A stretch of 64,000 nt of DNA from Candidatus Omnitrophota bacterium (GCA_021735655.1 JAIPGM010000003.1:192001-256000), one strand, 5' to 3'. Positions 18,147 to 28,761 are shown, counted from the stretch's first letter. Notes: generated by a model from the sequence alone, not told the origin. Made by a program: numbers and translations.

Positions 18147-19943
18147 GTGGAAGAAAAAAATAACATCCGCAATTTTTGTATTATTGCCCACATCGATCAT
18201 GGAAAGTCTACCCTTGCCGATAGATTTCTAGGTTTGTCCGGAGCTCTCGCAAGAAGCAAGACTAAAGAGCAGATGCTTGACAGTATGGAGCTTGAGCGAG
18301 AACGGGGAATTACTATAAAGGCAAAAGCGGTTAGATTGAATATAACTTGGCAAGGCAAAGAATATATTTTGAATCTTGTTGATACTCCTGGGCATGTTGA
18401 TTTTAGCTATGAGGTAGCTAAGTCGTTAAAAGGTTGTGAGGGGGCTATTATTTTGGTAGATGCTTCTCAGGGTATAGAAGCTCAGACTGTAGCCAATTTT
18501 CATCTAGCCTTAGAAAGTGACTTAAAAATTATGCCGGCTCTTAATAAAATAGATTTACCAAGCGCTGATCCTAAAAGGTGCATAAACCAACTTTTTGAAG
18601 TTTTTGGTTTTAAGGAGGAAGAAATTTCCTTAATTTCGGCTAAAGACGGAAAAGGTGTGGAAGAATTACTGGCTAGAGTTATCAATGAAATACCACCGCC
18701 CTTTGGTGATGTCAATAAGCCGCTTAAGGCTCTTCTGTTTGATTCAGCTTATGATTCTTATCGGGGGGTTATTCTTTTCCTAAGAATTTTTGACGGTAAA
18801 ATTTACCGCGGTGATTCAATCGTTCTTATGCACCAAAATAAAACTTACAAGGTTGAGGAGGTAGGGGTATTTTTACCTCAGGCTGAAAAAAGAGACAGTC
18901 TTTCTTGTGGTGAGGTTGGTTATATTTGTTGTAATATTAAAAATCCTCAGGAGATCGATGTCGGCGATACGGTAACTAGCGCTAAAAATCCTACAAAAGA
19001 AGCTTTCGCTGGTTACAAGAAGCTACCGCCAATGGTCTTTTCGGGAATTTTCCCTTCATCGCCTAAAGATTATCCGGCCTTACGTCGGGCAATGGAGAAG
19101 TTAAAGCTTTCTGATCCATCTTTTGTTTATGAGCCTGATAACTTGGGTAATCTCGGGCACGGTTTTAGATGTGGTTTTCTAGGCCTTCTTCATATGGAAA
19201 TAGTTCAGGAGCGCTTAGAGCGTGAGTATAATCTTGACTTGATACTTACTTCACCTAGCGTCCGCTATAGAATAAAGCGTAGAGGTGCCAAGGAGTTTGA
19301 GGATGTAGATATTCCTCATCAGTTTCCTGATCCGGGAGTTATTGAGGAAATGCAGGAGCCTTATGTTCGGGCTATAATAATCGCTCCTCCTGATAATATG
19401 GATGATTTATGCGAATTGGCAAAGAACCGGCGCGGTGAATTTGTTAAAATGGATTATATCGGTCGAGATCGAGTAAATATTATTTTTGATTTACCGTTAG
19501 GGGAAATAGTGATTGATTTTTATGATAACATAAAGTCTCTTACTAAGGGGTATGCTTCATTTGATTATGAGTTTGTTGGGTATCGAAAAACCGAAATCGT
19601 AAAATTAGATATTCTTTTTAATCAGAAAAAAGCTGAAGCCTTTTCTTTTTTAGTGCATAAACAAAAGTGTGACGTTAAAGCTCGCTCGGTAGCTGATCGC
19701 CTGAAGGATTTAATTCCTCGCCAGATGTATGAGGTGAAAGTTCAGGTAGCGATTGGGGCGAAAATAATTGCTTCCAGTCGAATATCAGCTTTAAAGAAGA
19801 ACGTTACCGCTAAGTGCTATGGAGGAGATATTAGCCGTAAGCGTAAACTTTGGGAAAAACAGAAAAAGGGTAAGAAAAAGATGAAACAGTTGGGTAATGT
19901 TACTTTTCCTAACGATGCCTTTTTAGAAGTATTAAAGATGTAG
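18147..19943 (+). CDS. lepA: elongation factor 4 (LepA)
   Basis: NFCIIAHIDHGKSTLADR G1 motif, DTPGHVDF, and the LepA-specific C-terminal domain. Confidence 0.92.
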   Translation: MEEKNNIRNFCIIAHIDHGKSTLADRFLGLSGALARSKTKEQMLDSMELERERGITIKAKAVRLNITWQGKEYILNLVDTPGHVDFSYEVAKSLKGCEGAIILVDASQGIEAQTVANFHLALESDLKIMPALNKIDLPSADPKRCINQLFEVFGFKEEEISLISAKDGKGVEELLARVINEIPPPFGDVNKPLKALLFDSAYDSYRGVILFLRIFDGKIYRGDSIVLMHQNKTYKVEEVGVFLPQAEKRDSLSCGEVGYICCNIKNPQEIDVGDTVTSAKNPTKEAFAGYKKLPPMVFSGIFPSSPKDYPALRRAMEKLKLSDPSFVYEPDNLGNLGHGFRCGFLGLLHMEIVQERLEREYNLDLILTSPSVRYRIKRRGAKEFEDVDIPHQFPDPGVIEEMQEPYVRAIIIAPPDNMDDLCELAKNRRGEFVKMDYIGRDRVNIIFDLPLGEIVIDFYDNIKSLTKGYASFDYEFVGYRKTEIVKLDILFNQKKAEAFSFLVHKQKCDVKARSVADRLKDLIPRQMYEVKVQVAIGAKIIASSRISALKKNVTAKCYGGDISRKRKLWEKQKKGKKKMKQLGNVTFPNDAFLEVLKM

Positions 19944-19944
19944 T

Positions 19945-20511
19945 ATGAATAAAAAAAGTCAGTTACGAGAGTGGATTGAAGCTTTGGTTGTTGCTGGGGC
20001 GATAGCTATATTTGCCAGGAGTTTTTTCTTTCAAATTTATAAGATCCCTACGACTTCTATGGTTCCAACCCTTATGCCTGGCGATAAGATTTTTGTGAGC
20101 AAATTAACCTATGGCCCTAAGGTACCATTTACGCCTTTTCGTATTAAAGGTTTTGCTAAACCGCAAAGGGGAGAAGTGGTAGTGTTTATACCTCCACATG
20201 ATCGAAAGAAAGCCTATATTAAAAGATTGATTGGGCTACCTGGGGATAAAGTAGTTATTAAGGGAGGGAATATCTATATTAACGAGAAGATGGTGGTTGA
20301 TTCGAAAATGACACATTATTATTATAATCAGGGAGAATATGCAAAAGAGGAAGAGCCTATAGTTGTTCCCGAAGACCAGTATTTTTTTCTCGGCGACAAT
20401 AGTATTTCATCATTGGATAGCCGATACTGGGGATTTGTTGATAAAAAAGATGTTGTTGGTAAGGCTATATTTATTTGGTGGCCGCCTAGGCGGATAACCA
20501 TGATTGAGTAA
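19945..20511 (+). CDS. lepB: signal peptidase I
   Basis: Catalytic Ser region PTTSMVPTL and the box E motif GDNSISSLDSRYWGFV. Confidence 0.88.
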   Translation: MNKKSQLREWIEALVVAGAIAIFARSFFFQIYKIPTTSMVPTLMPGDKIFVSKLTYGPKVPFTPFRIKGFAKPQRGEVVVFIPPHDRKKAYIKRLIGLPGDKVVIKGGNIYINEKMVVDSKMTHYYYNQGEYAKEEEPIVVPEDQYFFLGDNSISSLDSRYWGFVDKKDVVGKAIFIWWPPRRITMIE

Positions 20512-20526
20512 CTAAGGAGGTATCCT

Positions 20527-20832
20527 ATGAATTCAAAAGGGTTAGCTTTGGTATTGTTGTCAGTAGTTTTTGTTTTTACCGGATGCACAACAACTCAGAA
20601 AGGGGCAGCTACCGGGGCAGTCGTCGGTGGAGGTCTAGGGGCGATAATTGGGCATCAATCCGGTAAAACCGGTGCTGGTGCAGCAGTTGGCGCAGCAGTT
20701 GGGGGTATTGGCGGGGCTATAGTTGGAGAAAAATTAGATAATAAGTTTTGTCCTACTTGCGGTAGAAGGTTTGCTGGTTCGGTTCAGTATTGTCCTTATG
20801 ATGGGGCAACTTTAAAGAATATTGATAAGTAA
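20527..20832 (+). CDS. small lipoprotein with a glycine-zipper domain and a C-terminal Cys4 zinc-ribbon-like motif
   Basis: Lipobox VFTGC, the glycine zipper GAATGAVVGGGLGAIIGHQSGKTGAGAAVGAAVGGIGGAIVG, and CPTCGRRF...CPYDG. Confidence 0.6.
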   Translation: MNSKGLALVLLSVVFVFTGCTTTQKGAATGAVVGGGLGAIIGHQSGKTGAGAAVGAAVGGIGGAIVGEKLDNKFCPTCGRRFAGSVQYCPYDGATLKNIDK

Positions 20833-20848
20833 ACGGTAACCATAAACT

Positions 20849-21394
20849 ATGAGTTTAGCTGATAAAGTATCTACCATAAGAATTATCCTTATTCCGGTAT
20901 TTGTTTCTCTGCTTATTTACGCTCGTTACCATCCTTTTCTGCGATATCTAGCTATAGTGGTGTTTATCTTAGCGATTCTTAGCGATTTTTTTGATGGCTT
21001 GGTGGCGAGAATAAAGAAAGAGAAATCAGACTTAGGGCAGATTATTGATCCCTTAGCTGATAAGTTGTTACTTCTAACATCTTTCATTAGCCTTTACTTT
21101 CTTTCAAACTCTTTACAACTTAATGTGTATTTGTGGTTAGTTTTAGTGGTTATTAGCAGAGATTTTGTTATATTTTTAGGCTTTGCAATTTTACACTTCC
21201 TTAAGATTGAGGTGGTTATTGCGCCTTCAATTTGGGGAAAACTCACCACTTTCTTTCAGATGTTCACTATTCTTTGGATTTTGTTAGGAGCTCCTTATTA
21301 TTTTTTCGTTTCTTTGACAGCAGTAATTTTTACTTTGATTTCTGGTATTGATTACTTTATAAGAGGGGTAAGAGCCGCACAGTGCAACAATTAA
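20849..21394 (+). CDS. pgsA: CDP-diacylglycerol--glycerol-3-phosphate 3-phosphatidyltransferase (CDP-alcohol phosphatidyltransferase family)
   Basis: DFFDGLVARIKKEKSDLGQIIDPLADK matches D-G-x2-A-R...G-x3-D-x3-D. Confidence 0.8.
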   Translation: MSLADKVSTIRIILIPVFVSLLIYARYHPFLRYLAIVVFILAILSDFFDGLVARIKKEKSDLGQIIDPLADKLLLLTSFISLYFLSNSLQLNVYLWLVLVVISRDFVIFLGFAILHFLKIEVVIAPSIWGKLTTFFQMFTILWILLGAPYYFFVSLTAVIFTLISGIDYFIRGVRAAQCNN

Positions 21395-21996
21395 TTCTTT
21401 TAATAGTTAGCTACCTTGTGGGCAGCATACCTTTTGGGTTTGTAGCTGTTTACTTAGTTAAAAAAGTAGACATTCGAACTCTTGGCTCAGGTAATATTGG
21501 TGCGACTAATGTAACCAGAGTTTTAGGTAAACCTTGGGGTATAGCAGTTTTCATTTTAGATTTTTTAAAAGGGTTTATTTGTCCTTTAATTGTGACCCGG
21601 TTAGTTGACGACCCGAAGATTTTGCTTTTTATTTTTGCCGCTTTATTAGCAGTGTCCGGGCACAACTGGACTTGTTTTTTAAAGTTTAAAGGTGGAAAAG
21701 GGGTTGCTACCAGTATTGGTGCGATTTGCGGACTAGCAGTTAAATTCCCAGTGTTAATTCCGGTTTTAGTTATTTCAATTATTGTTTGGATTGTGGTATT
21801 TTTTGTTTCGAAGGTGGTATCTTTGGCCTCATTAGCCAGTGCTTTTTCATTTTTAATTTTTTCAATTATTTTTTATTTTACAATCGGATTACCTTGGGAG
21901 TTTTTGATTCTTTCGGTATTGCTTTTTTTGTTCATAGTTCTAAGGCACAGAAAGAATATAAAGAACATTTTAGCTAAAAAAGAGTTACATTTTTGA
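21382..21996 (+). CDS. plsY: glycerol-3-phosphate acyltransferase PlsY
   Basis: LGSGNIGATNVTRVLGK and a multi-TM topology. Confidence 0.85.
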   Translation: MQQLILLIVSYLVGSIPFGFVAVYLVKKVDIRTLGSGNIGATNVTRVLGKPWGIAVFILDFLKGFICPLIVTRLVDDPKILLFIFAALLAVSGHNWTCFLKFKGGKGVATSIGAICGLAVKFPVLIPVLVISIIVWIVVFFVSKVVSLASLASAFSFLIFSIIFYFTIGLPWEFLILSVLLFLFIVLRHRKNIKNILAKKELHF

Positions 21997-22002
21997 ATTT
22001 GT

Positions 22003-22031
22003 TTGACACTAAATATGGCAAAGAGTATAAT
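22003..22031 (+). promoter_or_regulatory. near-consensus sigma-70 promoter for recA: TTGACA, 17 nt, TATAAT
   Basis: TTGACA at 22003-22008 and TATAAT at 22026-22031. The RBS AAGGGAGGA and the ATG at 22066 follow. Confidence 0.55.
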
Positions 22032-22065
22032 TGAAATATTAATTATTATATAAAGGGAGGATGAT

Positions 22066-23070
22066 ATGGTTAAAGAGAAAGATAACTCTGCTAACAAAAA
22101 GAAAGCTTTAGAATTAGCTCTTGCTCAGATTGAGAAACAGTTTGGCAAGGGAGCTATAATGCGTATGGGCGAGGATACTCATCTTGATATTGAGTCTATT
22201 CCTTCGGGAATAATTTCTTTAGATAAGGCTTTTGGGGTAGGTGGCTTACCACGGGGGAGAGTGGTTGAAATATTCGGACCAGAATCTTCCGGTAAAACTA
22301 CCCTTACGCTAAGCATTATTGCCCAGGGCCAAGGCAATTCAGGTGTAGCAGCCTTTATCGATGCTGAGCATGCCTTTGATCCTGCCTATGCTCGTTTAAT
22401 CGGTGTAAAATTAGACGAGCTTCTAATTTCGCAGCCGGATACCGGAGAGCAGGCTTTGGAAATTGTCGAAACCTTAGTAAGATCTAATGCGGTTGATTTA
22501 ATCGTTGTTGATTCAGTAGCAGCCTTGGTACCTAAGGCCGAAATCGAAGGGCAGATGGGTCAATCGCAAGTTGCGCTTCAAGCCCGTCTTATGAGTCAGG
22601 CTTTAAGAAAACTAACCGCGGCGATAAGTAAGTCTAAATCTTGTGTTGTGTTTATTAACCAGTTGCGGGAGAAAATCGGAGTTATGTTTGGTTCTCCAGA
22701 AGTTACTCCGGGAGGCAGGGCCTTGAAGTTTTACTCTTCAATGCGGATTGATTTAAGAAGAATTGCGACTATTACTGGACCTTCGGGTGCGATGGGTATA
22801 AGGGTTCGGGCTAAAATAGTTAAGAATAAAGTAGCCGCACCTTTTAAGGAAGCAATTTTTGAAATTATGTATACCGAGGGAGTATCTAAGGCCGGAGCCT
22901 TAATTGATGCTGCTATTGATGGAGGATTGATTAAGAAAGCCGGAAGTTGGTTTTCTTATAAAGATAAAAATTTAGCTCAAGGTAAAGAGCAGTTGAGAGC
23001 CTTAGTAAAGGAAGATGAAAGCTTACGTCGCGAGCTAGAAGAAGCTTTAGGCACAACTGCTTCTAGTTAA
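22066..23070 (+). CDS. recA: recombinase RecA
   Basis: [10 protein letters not shown] Walker A and the L1/L2 loop motifs. Confidence 0.95.
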   Translation: MVKEKDNSANKKKALELALAQIEKQFGKGAIMRMGEDTHLDIESIPSGIISLDKAFGVGGLPRGRVVEIFGPESSGKTTLTLSIIAQGQGNSGVAAFIDAEHAFDPAYARLIGVKLDELLISQPDTGEQALEIVETLVRSNAVDLIVVDSVAALVPKAEIEGQMGQSQVALQARLMSQALRKLTAAISKSKSCVVFINQLREKIGVMFGSPEVTPGGRALKFYSSMRIDLRRIATITGPSGAMGIRVRAKIVKNKVAAPFKEAIFEIMYTEGVSKAGALIDAAIDGGLIKKAGSWFSYKDKNLAQGKEQLRALVKEDESLRRELEEALGTTASS

Positions 23071-23095
23071 TTCAACCAATCCTGATTTTTATCAG

Positions 23096-24526
23096 GTGAA
23101 TATGGAGGCCAAAATGAAGAAGATAATCAGTTTAATAACTATCGCTATCGTTTTTAGCTTGTCTACATATGCTCAGAGTGTAGCGACTTTAGAGAAATTA
23201 ACCATTGATGTTGCTGCTAGTACTGGAAAATCAGTAGTTTCAATAAGTAGCGAGGTCAAAGAAAAAGTCAACGGAAGACGTTACTTTGAGTCTCCCTTTG
23301 GAGATTCTGAGGATGATCCTTTTAGGGGATTTTTTGAGGATTTTTTTGGAGCGTTGCCGGATAGAGAATTCCGTCGGATGGGTTTAGGCAGTGGAGTGAT
23401 TATTGATAAAGACGGTTACATTCTTACTAATGCTCATGTTGTTGCTGGTGCCACTAAGGTAAAAGTTAAGCTTTATGATGGAAGAGAATTTGATGCCGAA
23501 GTGAAAGGATCCGATGAAAGAAGTGATTTGGCGGTAGTAAAAATAAAAGCTAAAGATCTTCCGGTGGCTAAGCTTGGTGATTCAAGTGAGTTGAAGATCG
23601 GAAACTGGGTAGTTGCCATAGGTAATCCTTTTGGGTTTGCCATTGAGAATCCTGAACCGACAGTTACTGTCGGAGTTGTCAGTGCCCTGCATCGTTATTT
23701 ACCGGCTTTAGGTAACCGTCAAGGTAGTCTTGATGATTTGATTCAAACCGATGCTGCGATTAATCCTGGGAATAGCGGTGGTCCATTGGTAAATTTAAAG
23801 GGTGAAGTCATCGGCATAAATACAGCAATAATAACTACTTCCGGAGGTTATCAAGGGTTAGGTTTTGCCACTCCGATTGATAAAGCTAAGCGAATTCTTA
23901 ATAAACTACTTAAGGGTGAAAGTATTCTCTACGGGTGGCTCGGGGTTAGTATACAGAATCTAAATGAAGATTTGCGCAATTATTTTGATATTAAGGAGAA
24001 GAAGGGCGTTATTATTCTAAAAGTTTACAAGGATTCTCCGGCTGAAAAAAGCAACCTCAACGAAGGAGATCTAATTACTGAGTTTGACGGGAAAGTGGTT
24101 GAGACTACAAGAGATTTGTCGCGGATGGTTTCTTCTTCCGAGGTCGGTAAACTGGTGCCAATTAAAATAGTTCGCTCAGGAAGTAAAATTTCTTTAACTG
24201 TAAAGATTGGTAAGATTCCTGAGAATGTTGAAGAGGTAGAGCTTTCGACTGCGAGCAAGACCTCTTTTAGGGGTTTGTCGGTAGAAGATTTAGATTTACA
24301 AACTAAGCGAAAATTCAAAATAAAGCTTGATGAAGGCGTTGTTGTGGTAGCTATCGAGAATGATTCCTTAGCTGACCAAAGTGGTTTGATGATAGGTGAC
24401 GTTATTACTAAGATTGAAAACAAGAATATAAAAAATAAAGCTGAATTCCAAGAAGTGGTTTCCAAAATAAAGGGTAACTGTTTGGTTAAAACTAATCGTG
24501 GTTATTTTGTTCTTAAAAGTAAGTGA
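23096..24526 (+). CDS. htrA: periplasmic serine endoprotease DegP/HtrA with two PDZ domains. The likely start is the ATG at 23114 behind a GGAGG.
   Basis: Signal peptide, catalytic triad motifs (TNAHVV, D, GNSGGPLVN) and two PDZ domains. Confidence 0.88.
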   Translation: MNMEAKMKKIISLITIAIVFSLSTYAQSVATLEKLTIDVAASTGKSVVSISSEVKEKVNGRRYFESPFGDSEDDPFRGFFEDFFGALPDREFRRMGLGSGVIIDKDGYILTNAHVVAGATKVKVKLYDGREFDAEVKGSDERSDLAVVKIKAKDLPVAKLGDSSELKIGNWVVAIGNPFGFAIENPEPTVTVGVVSALHRYLPALGNRQGSLDDLIQTDAAINPGNSGGPLVNLKGEVIGINTAIITTSGGYQGLGFATPIDKAKRILNKLLKGESILYGWLGVSIQNLNEDLRNYFDIKEKKGVIILKVYKDSPAEKSNLNEGDLITEFDGKVVETTRDLSRMVSSSEVGKLVPIKIVRSGSKISLTVKIGKIPENVEEVELSTASKTSFRGLSVEDLDLQTKRKFKIKLDEGVVVVAIENDSLADQSGLMIGDVITKIENKNIKNKAEFQEVVSKIKGNCLVKTNRGYFVLKSK

Positions 24527-25002
24527 AGGATTTTAACCAAGCGCTCAGTTATTCATTTTTACTTCTTAAGTATCGAGCTCGTTCAAAGACCGAACTTGTC
24601 CGGCGACTTAAGGAGAAGAAGTATAGTGGATCAGTAGTCAAGCAGACGGTTCAGTATTTAGAGAAGAATAATTATATTGATGATAAAGAATTCGCAAGAT
24701 TGTTTATTTTGAGCGCAATCGAAAAAGGATGGGGTCCACGAAAAGTAGATTTTCGTCTTAAACAGTTAGGCGTTTCTTATGATTTGCGAAAGCCCACACC
24801 AACTTTAAACACTGCTTTCAATAATAAGTTAAGTCAAATAGTAGAGGAAAGAGTAACTTGTCTTAAGAAGCAAAAACCGCCACTTTCTTCGAAAAAAATA
24901 TCACAGAAAGTGATGCGGCTGGTTTTATCAAGAGGGTTTAATTATTCTGAGGTTAGCAGGATAATTGATGGTTTAGGAGTAACTAATTTTGAAAACTGTT
25001 GA
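24523..25002 (+). CDS. recX: recombination regulator RecX
   Basis: RecX-like three-repeat helical protein, 159 aa, in a recA...recX-alaS arrangement. Confidence 0.7.
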   Translation: MKDFNQALSYSFLLLKYRARSKTELVRRLKEKKYSGSVVKQTVQYLEKNNYIDDKEFARLFILSAIEKGWGPRKVDFRLKQLGVSYDLRKPTPTLNTAFNNKLSQIVEERVTCLKKQKPPLSSKKISQKVMRLVLSRGFNYSEVSRIIDGLGVTNFENC

Positions 25003-27544
25003 ATTAAGAAATGCATTTTTAGATTTTTTTAAAGCTAAGGGGCATAAGTTCTTTACATCTGATACTTTAGTTCCCGATGATCAGTCATTACTTTTTACTT
25101 CAGCCGGAATGAATCAGTTTAAGCCTTACTTTTTGGGTGAAAAGAAAGATATAAAAACAGCTACATCTTGTCAGAAGTGCTTGCGTACTGGTGACTTAGA
25201 GAATGTTGGTAAAACTGCCTATCACCATACTTTTTTTGAGATGCTTGGTAATTTTTCTTTCGGTGATTATTTCAAGAAAGAAGCTATAGTCTATGCTTGG
25301 GAGTTTATTACTAAAAAAGCAAAACTAAAGGAGAAAGATTTATGGGTTTCGGTATATAAAGATGATGTCGAGGCCTATAAGATTTGGAAGGATCAAATAG
25401 GGATTCCTAAAAACAAAATTGTTAAATTAGGAGAGGACAGCAACTTTTGGCCGGCAAATGCTCCTAGCCTAGGTCCTGATGGACCTTGCGGCCCGTGTTC
25501 AGAGATTTTTTTTGATCAAGGGGAAGAAGTTGGCTGTAGAAAAAAAGGCTGTAACCCCGATTGTAGTTGCGGCCGGTTTGTTGAAGTTTGGAATTTAGTT
25601 TTTACGCAGTTTAATCGAACAGGAAAAAATAAATTAGAACCTTTGCCTCAGAATAACATTGATACTGGTATGGGCCTTGAAAGGATGGCTTGCGTTTTGC
25701 AGGGTAAAAACTCTAACTTTGAAATTGATATTTTAGCGCCGATAGTTAGTCAAGCTAGACAGCTGATTGCTACAGAAAAGCAAGATAAGGCAACACTTGG
25801 GTTAATATACGCTATAGTTGATCATGTTCGAGCAGCAACCTTTTCTATTTCTGACGGAATATATCCTTCAAATGAAGATAGGGGATATGTAATTAGAAAA
25901 ATAATTCGTAAAGCTCTTTGGTCTGCACATCTTTTGGCTAAAAAAGAGCCTTTTCTTTATAGTTTGTCTGACTATGTTGTTGAGGTAATGAAAGATGTTT
26001 ATCCTGAACTAGATAAGAAAAGAGAAGCCATTGCTAAAGTTATCCGGGCCGAAGAGGAAAAATTTTTGGCAACTCTTAACGATGGACAGTATCAGATCTC
26101 GTTACTAGTTAAAGCTTTAAACAAAGAAAATAAAAAAACAATAAAATCCGAAGACCTATTTCGTTTTTATGATACTTATGGATTACCGCTTGAGCTTACT
26201 AAGGAGATAGCTAAGGAAGCCAGTTTGGGGGTAGATGAAAAAGGGTTTAATGATTTACTAAAGCAACAACAAGAACGTTCTCGGAAAAAGAGTATGTTTG
26301 ATGAAAATATATTTAAAAAAGGAAAGTTAAGCTTAACCGAGAAAACTAAGTTTGTTGGCTATGAACTTAATGAAATTAAAGTTTCAATAGAGAAGGTATT
26401 TTTAGGTGATGAGACCTTGGTTGTTTTAGATAAAACTCCTTTTTATCCTGAAGCTGGTGGCCAACTTTCAGACAAAGGTATTATTAAGTCAGATCAAGGT
26501 GAGTTTCAAGTAGAACAAGTTTTTAAAGTTAATGAAGCAATTGTCCATAAAGGTACAATCATTAAGGGGAACATAGAAAAAGGAGCTTGTTTGGCCGTTG
26601 TCGATACCAAAAGAAGAAAGGCTTTAGCTCGTTCGCATACGGCAACTCATCTTTTGCAGGCTGCTTTACGTAGAGTTTTGGGCGATCACGTTGTTCAGCA
26701 AGGCTCATTAGTTGATGAAGATAAATTTCGTTTTGATTTTACTCATTTTAATAAGTTAACTGAAGAAGAGAAGGCCAAGATTACCGCCTTAGTTAAAGAG
26801 TTTATCAAAGGCCGGGCTAAGGTTGAGAAGAAAGAACTTAGCTTTAAGCAGGCCAAAGAAGAAGGAGCCTTAGCTTTTTTTAAGGATAAGTATCAGGACA
26901 AGGTAAGGGTAGTTTCGATTTCTGATTATAGCAAAGAGCTTTGCGGCGGGACTCATGTTGATAACACTGCTGAAATAGAGGATTTTGAAATCGAGTCGGA
27001 GTCTTCAATCAGCAGCGGCATTAGAAGAATCAGGGCTTCAGTAGCTAAACAGGCTCAGCTAGTCATAGAGGTTCGTCAAAAAACAGAGGAAGAGCTAAAA
27101 AAGCGTTCTGAAGAGTCGAAGAAGCCGGATCGGGGAAAAATTACTCAAAAATTCAATCAAGGAAAGGAAGAACTTTTATTAAAGACTCCAGAAATTATAA
27201 AGGGAGTAAATCTTCTATATGTTTACAGTCAAGAGAGTCCCCTTACGATTAAGGAAGAGAAGGAAGTTATGCTTAAATTGTCAGATAGCTTAAAGAAAAA
27301 AATAAAATTGGCAGTTATATTCTTAGTTAGAAGAGTTGAGGGCAAGGATATTTTTATTTGCTCAGCTGGCGATGATCTAGTTAATAAGGGCTTTAGTTGC
27401 CGAAAACTAATTTCTGAGTTTGGAGAAAAATTATCCCTAAGAGGCGGTGGAAGTGATAAAATAGTCCAAGGATCAGTAGCTAACTGGAGTGATGGATTCT
27501 TAGACCAATTAAAAGAGGTTCTTAACCAATTTATAAAATTATGA
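24989..27544 (+). CDS. alaS: alanine--tRNA ligase
   Basis: FTSAGMNQFKPYF, the zinc-binding H-x-x-x-H...C-x-x-x-H editing-domain motifs (HTATHLL; CGGTH) and a C-terminal DHHA1 domain. Confidence 0.93.
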   Translation: MKTVELRNAFLDFFKAKGHKFFTSDTLVPDDQSLLFTSAGMNQFKPYFLGEKKDIKTATSCQKCLRTGDLENVGKTAYHHTFFEMLGNFSFGDYFKKEAIVYAWEFITKKAKLKEKDLWVSVYKDDVEAYKIWKDQIGIPKNKIVKLGEDSNFWPANAPSLGPDGPCGPCSEIFFDQGEEVGCRKKGCNPDCSCGRFVEVWNLVFTQFNRTGKNKLEPLPQNNIDTGMGLERMACVLQGKNSNFEIDILAPIVSQARQLIATEKQDKATLGLIYAIVDHVRAATFSISDGIYPSNEDRGYVIRKIIRKALWSAHLLAKKEPFLYSLSDYVVEVMKDVYPELDKKREAIAKVIRAEEEKFLATLNDGQYQISLLVKALNKENKKTIKSEDLFRFYDTYGLPLELTKEIAKEASLGVDEKGFNDLLKQQQERSRKKSMFDENIFKKGKLSLTEKTKFVGYELNEIKVSIEKVFLGDETLVVLDKTPFYPEAGGQLSDKGIIKSDQGEFQVEQVFKVNEAIVHKGTIIKGNIEKGACLAVVDTKRRKALARSHTATHLLQAALRRVLGDHVVQQGSLVDEDKFRFDFTHFNKLTEEEKAKITALVKEFIKGRAKVEKKELSFKQAKEEGALAFFKDKYQDKVRVVSISDYSKELCGGTHVDNTAEIEDFEIESESSISSGIRRIRASVAKQAQLVIEVRQKTEEELKKRSEESKKPDRGKITQKFNQGKEELLLKTPEIIKGVNLLYVYSQESPLTIKEEKEVMLKLSDSLKKKIKLAVIFLVRRVEGKDIFICSAGDDLVNKGFSCRKLISEFGEKLSLRGGGSDKIVQGSVANWSDGFLDQLKEVLNQFIKL

Positions 27545-28761
27545 GAGTAGTAAGAAATTTAGACAGTTTAGAAAAAATACTTAGCAAGAAAAGGCTAAGA
27601 AAAAACAAAATTAACGAGAAGGTTGCTAAGATTATAAAGAGCGTTAGCGATAGTGGTGATATTGCCTTAGTTGAATTTACCAAGAAGTTCGATAAGGTAA
27701 AGATATCTCATCGCGAACTCAGGATAAGCGAATCGGAGATAAGCGCAGCCTTTAATGAGTTAGATTCAAAACTTATCTCGGCTTTTAAGGTAGCCATAGA
27801 TAACGTAACTAAATTCTATAAACACCAGATTCCTAAAACAACCAGAGTAAGAAACGCAAACGGTAAAACGCTTACCAGCCGTTATGTGCCACTTGAACGT
27901 GTCGGCGTGTATGTTCCAGCCGGAACCGCTCCTTTAGTTTCATCGGTCTATATGGCAGTTATCCCAGCTATAGTTGCTGGAGTAAAAGAAATAGTCTTAG
28001 CCTCGCCACCAGGAAAAGATAAGAGCCTGAATCCTTTCATTCTGGCGATGGCATCTTTGCTTAAAATAAAGGAAATTTATCGTATTGGTGGCGCTCAAGC
28101 AGTAGGTGCCTTGGCTTACGGAACTAAAACAATTAAAAAGGTTGATAAAATTGTTGGTCCGGGTAATGAATTTGTGACTGAAGCTAAGCGTCAGGTTTTC
28201 GGCAAGGTCGGTATTGATATGTTGGCCGGTCCTTCGGAAGTAGTTATTTTAGCCTCTAAGGATGCCAATGTAGAATATATTATTGCTGATTTAGAGTCAC
28301 AAATTGAGCATTATAATGGATCAGGTATTTTAATTACTAATTCTAGGAGAATTATTCGTGAAGTTAGGAAAAGGAAAACTCCTGGCTTAGCTTTAAGAGT
28401 TAGGAACCTTGAAGCTGGTTGCCAAGTGGTTAATCGGATCGCTCCTGAACATTTAGAAATTTTAACTAAGAAGCCGGCAGCCCTATTGAAAAAAATTAAA
28501 AACGCCGGCGCAATATTTTTAGGAGATTATACTCCGGTGGCTTTAGGAGACTATACGGCTGGGCCAAGTCACGTTCTCCCCACCGGTGGAAGCGCGCGTT
28601 TTTTCTCTTGTCTTTCAGTGAAGGATTTTTTGAAAGAAGTCCATGTGATAAATTACACTAAAAAGGCCTTGCAGGAAGAGGTAGAAGTTTTAGAGAAAAT
28701 AGCCGGATTGGAGGGGATGAATAAACACATTGAAAGTGTTAAGAAGAGGCTTCAAGCATAA
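27541..28761 (+). CDS. hisD: histidinol dehydrogenase
   Basis: HisD family, 406 aa, in a hisDBHA arrangement. Confidence 0.85.
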   Translation: MRVVRNLDSLEKILSKKRLRKNKINEKVAKIIKSVSDSGDIALVEFTKKFDKVKISHRELRISESEISAAFNELDSKLISAFKVAIDNVTKFYKHQIPKTTRVRNANGKTLTSRYVPLERVGVYVPAGTAPLVSSVYMAVIPAIVAGVKEIVLASPPGKDKSLNPFILAMASLLKIKEIYRIGGAQAVGALAYGTKTIKKVDKIVGPGNEFVTEAKRQVFGKVGIDMLAGPSEVVILASKDANVEYIIADLESQIEHYNGSGILITNSRRIIREVRKRKTPGLALRVRNLEAGCQVVNRIAPEHLEILTKKPAALLKKIKNAGAIFLGDYTPVALGDYTAGPSHVLPTGGSARFFSCLSVKDFLKEVHVINYTKKALQEEVEVLEKIAGLEGMNKHIESVKKRLQA

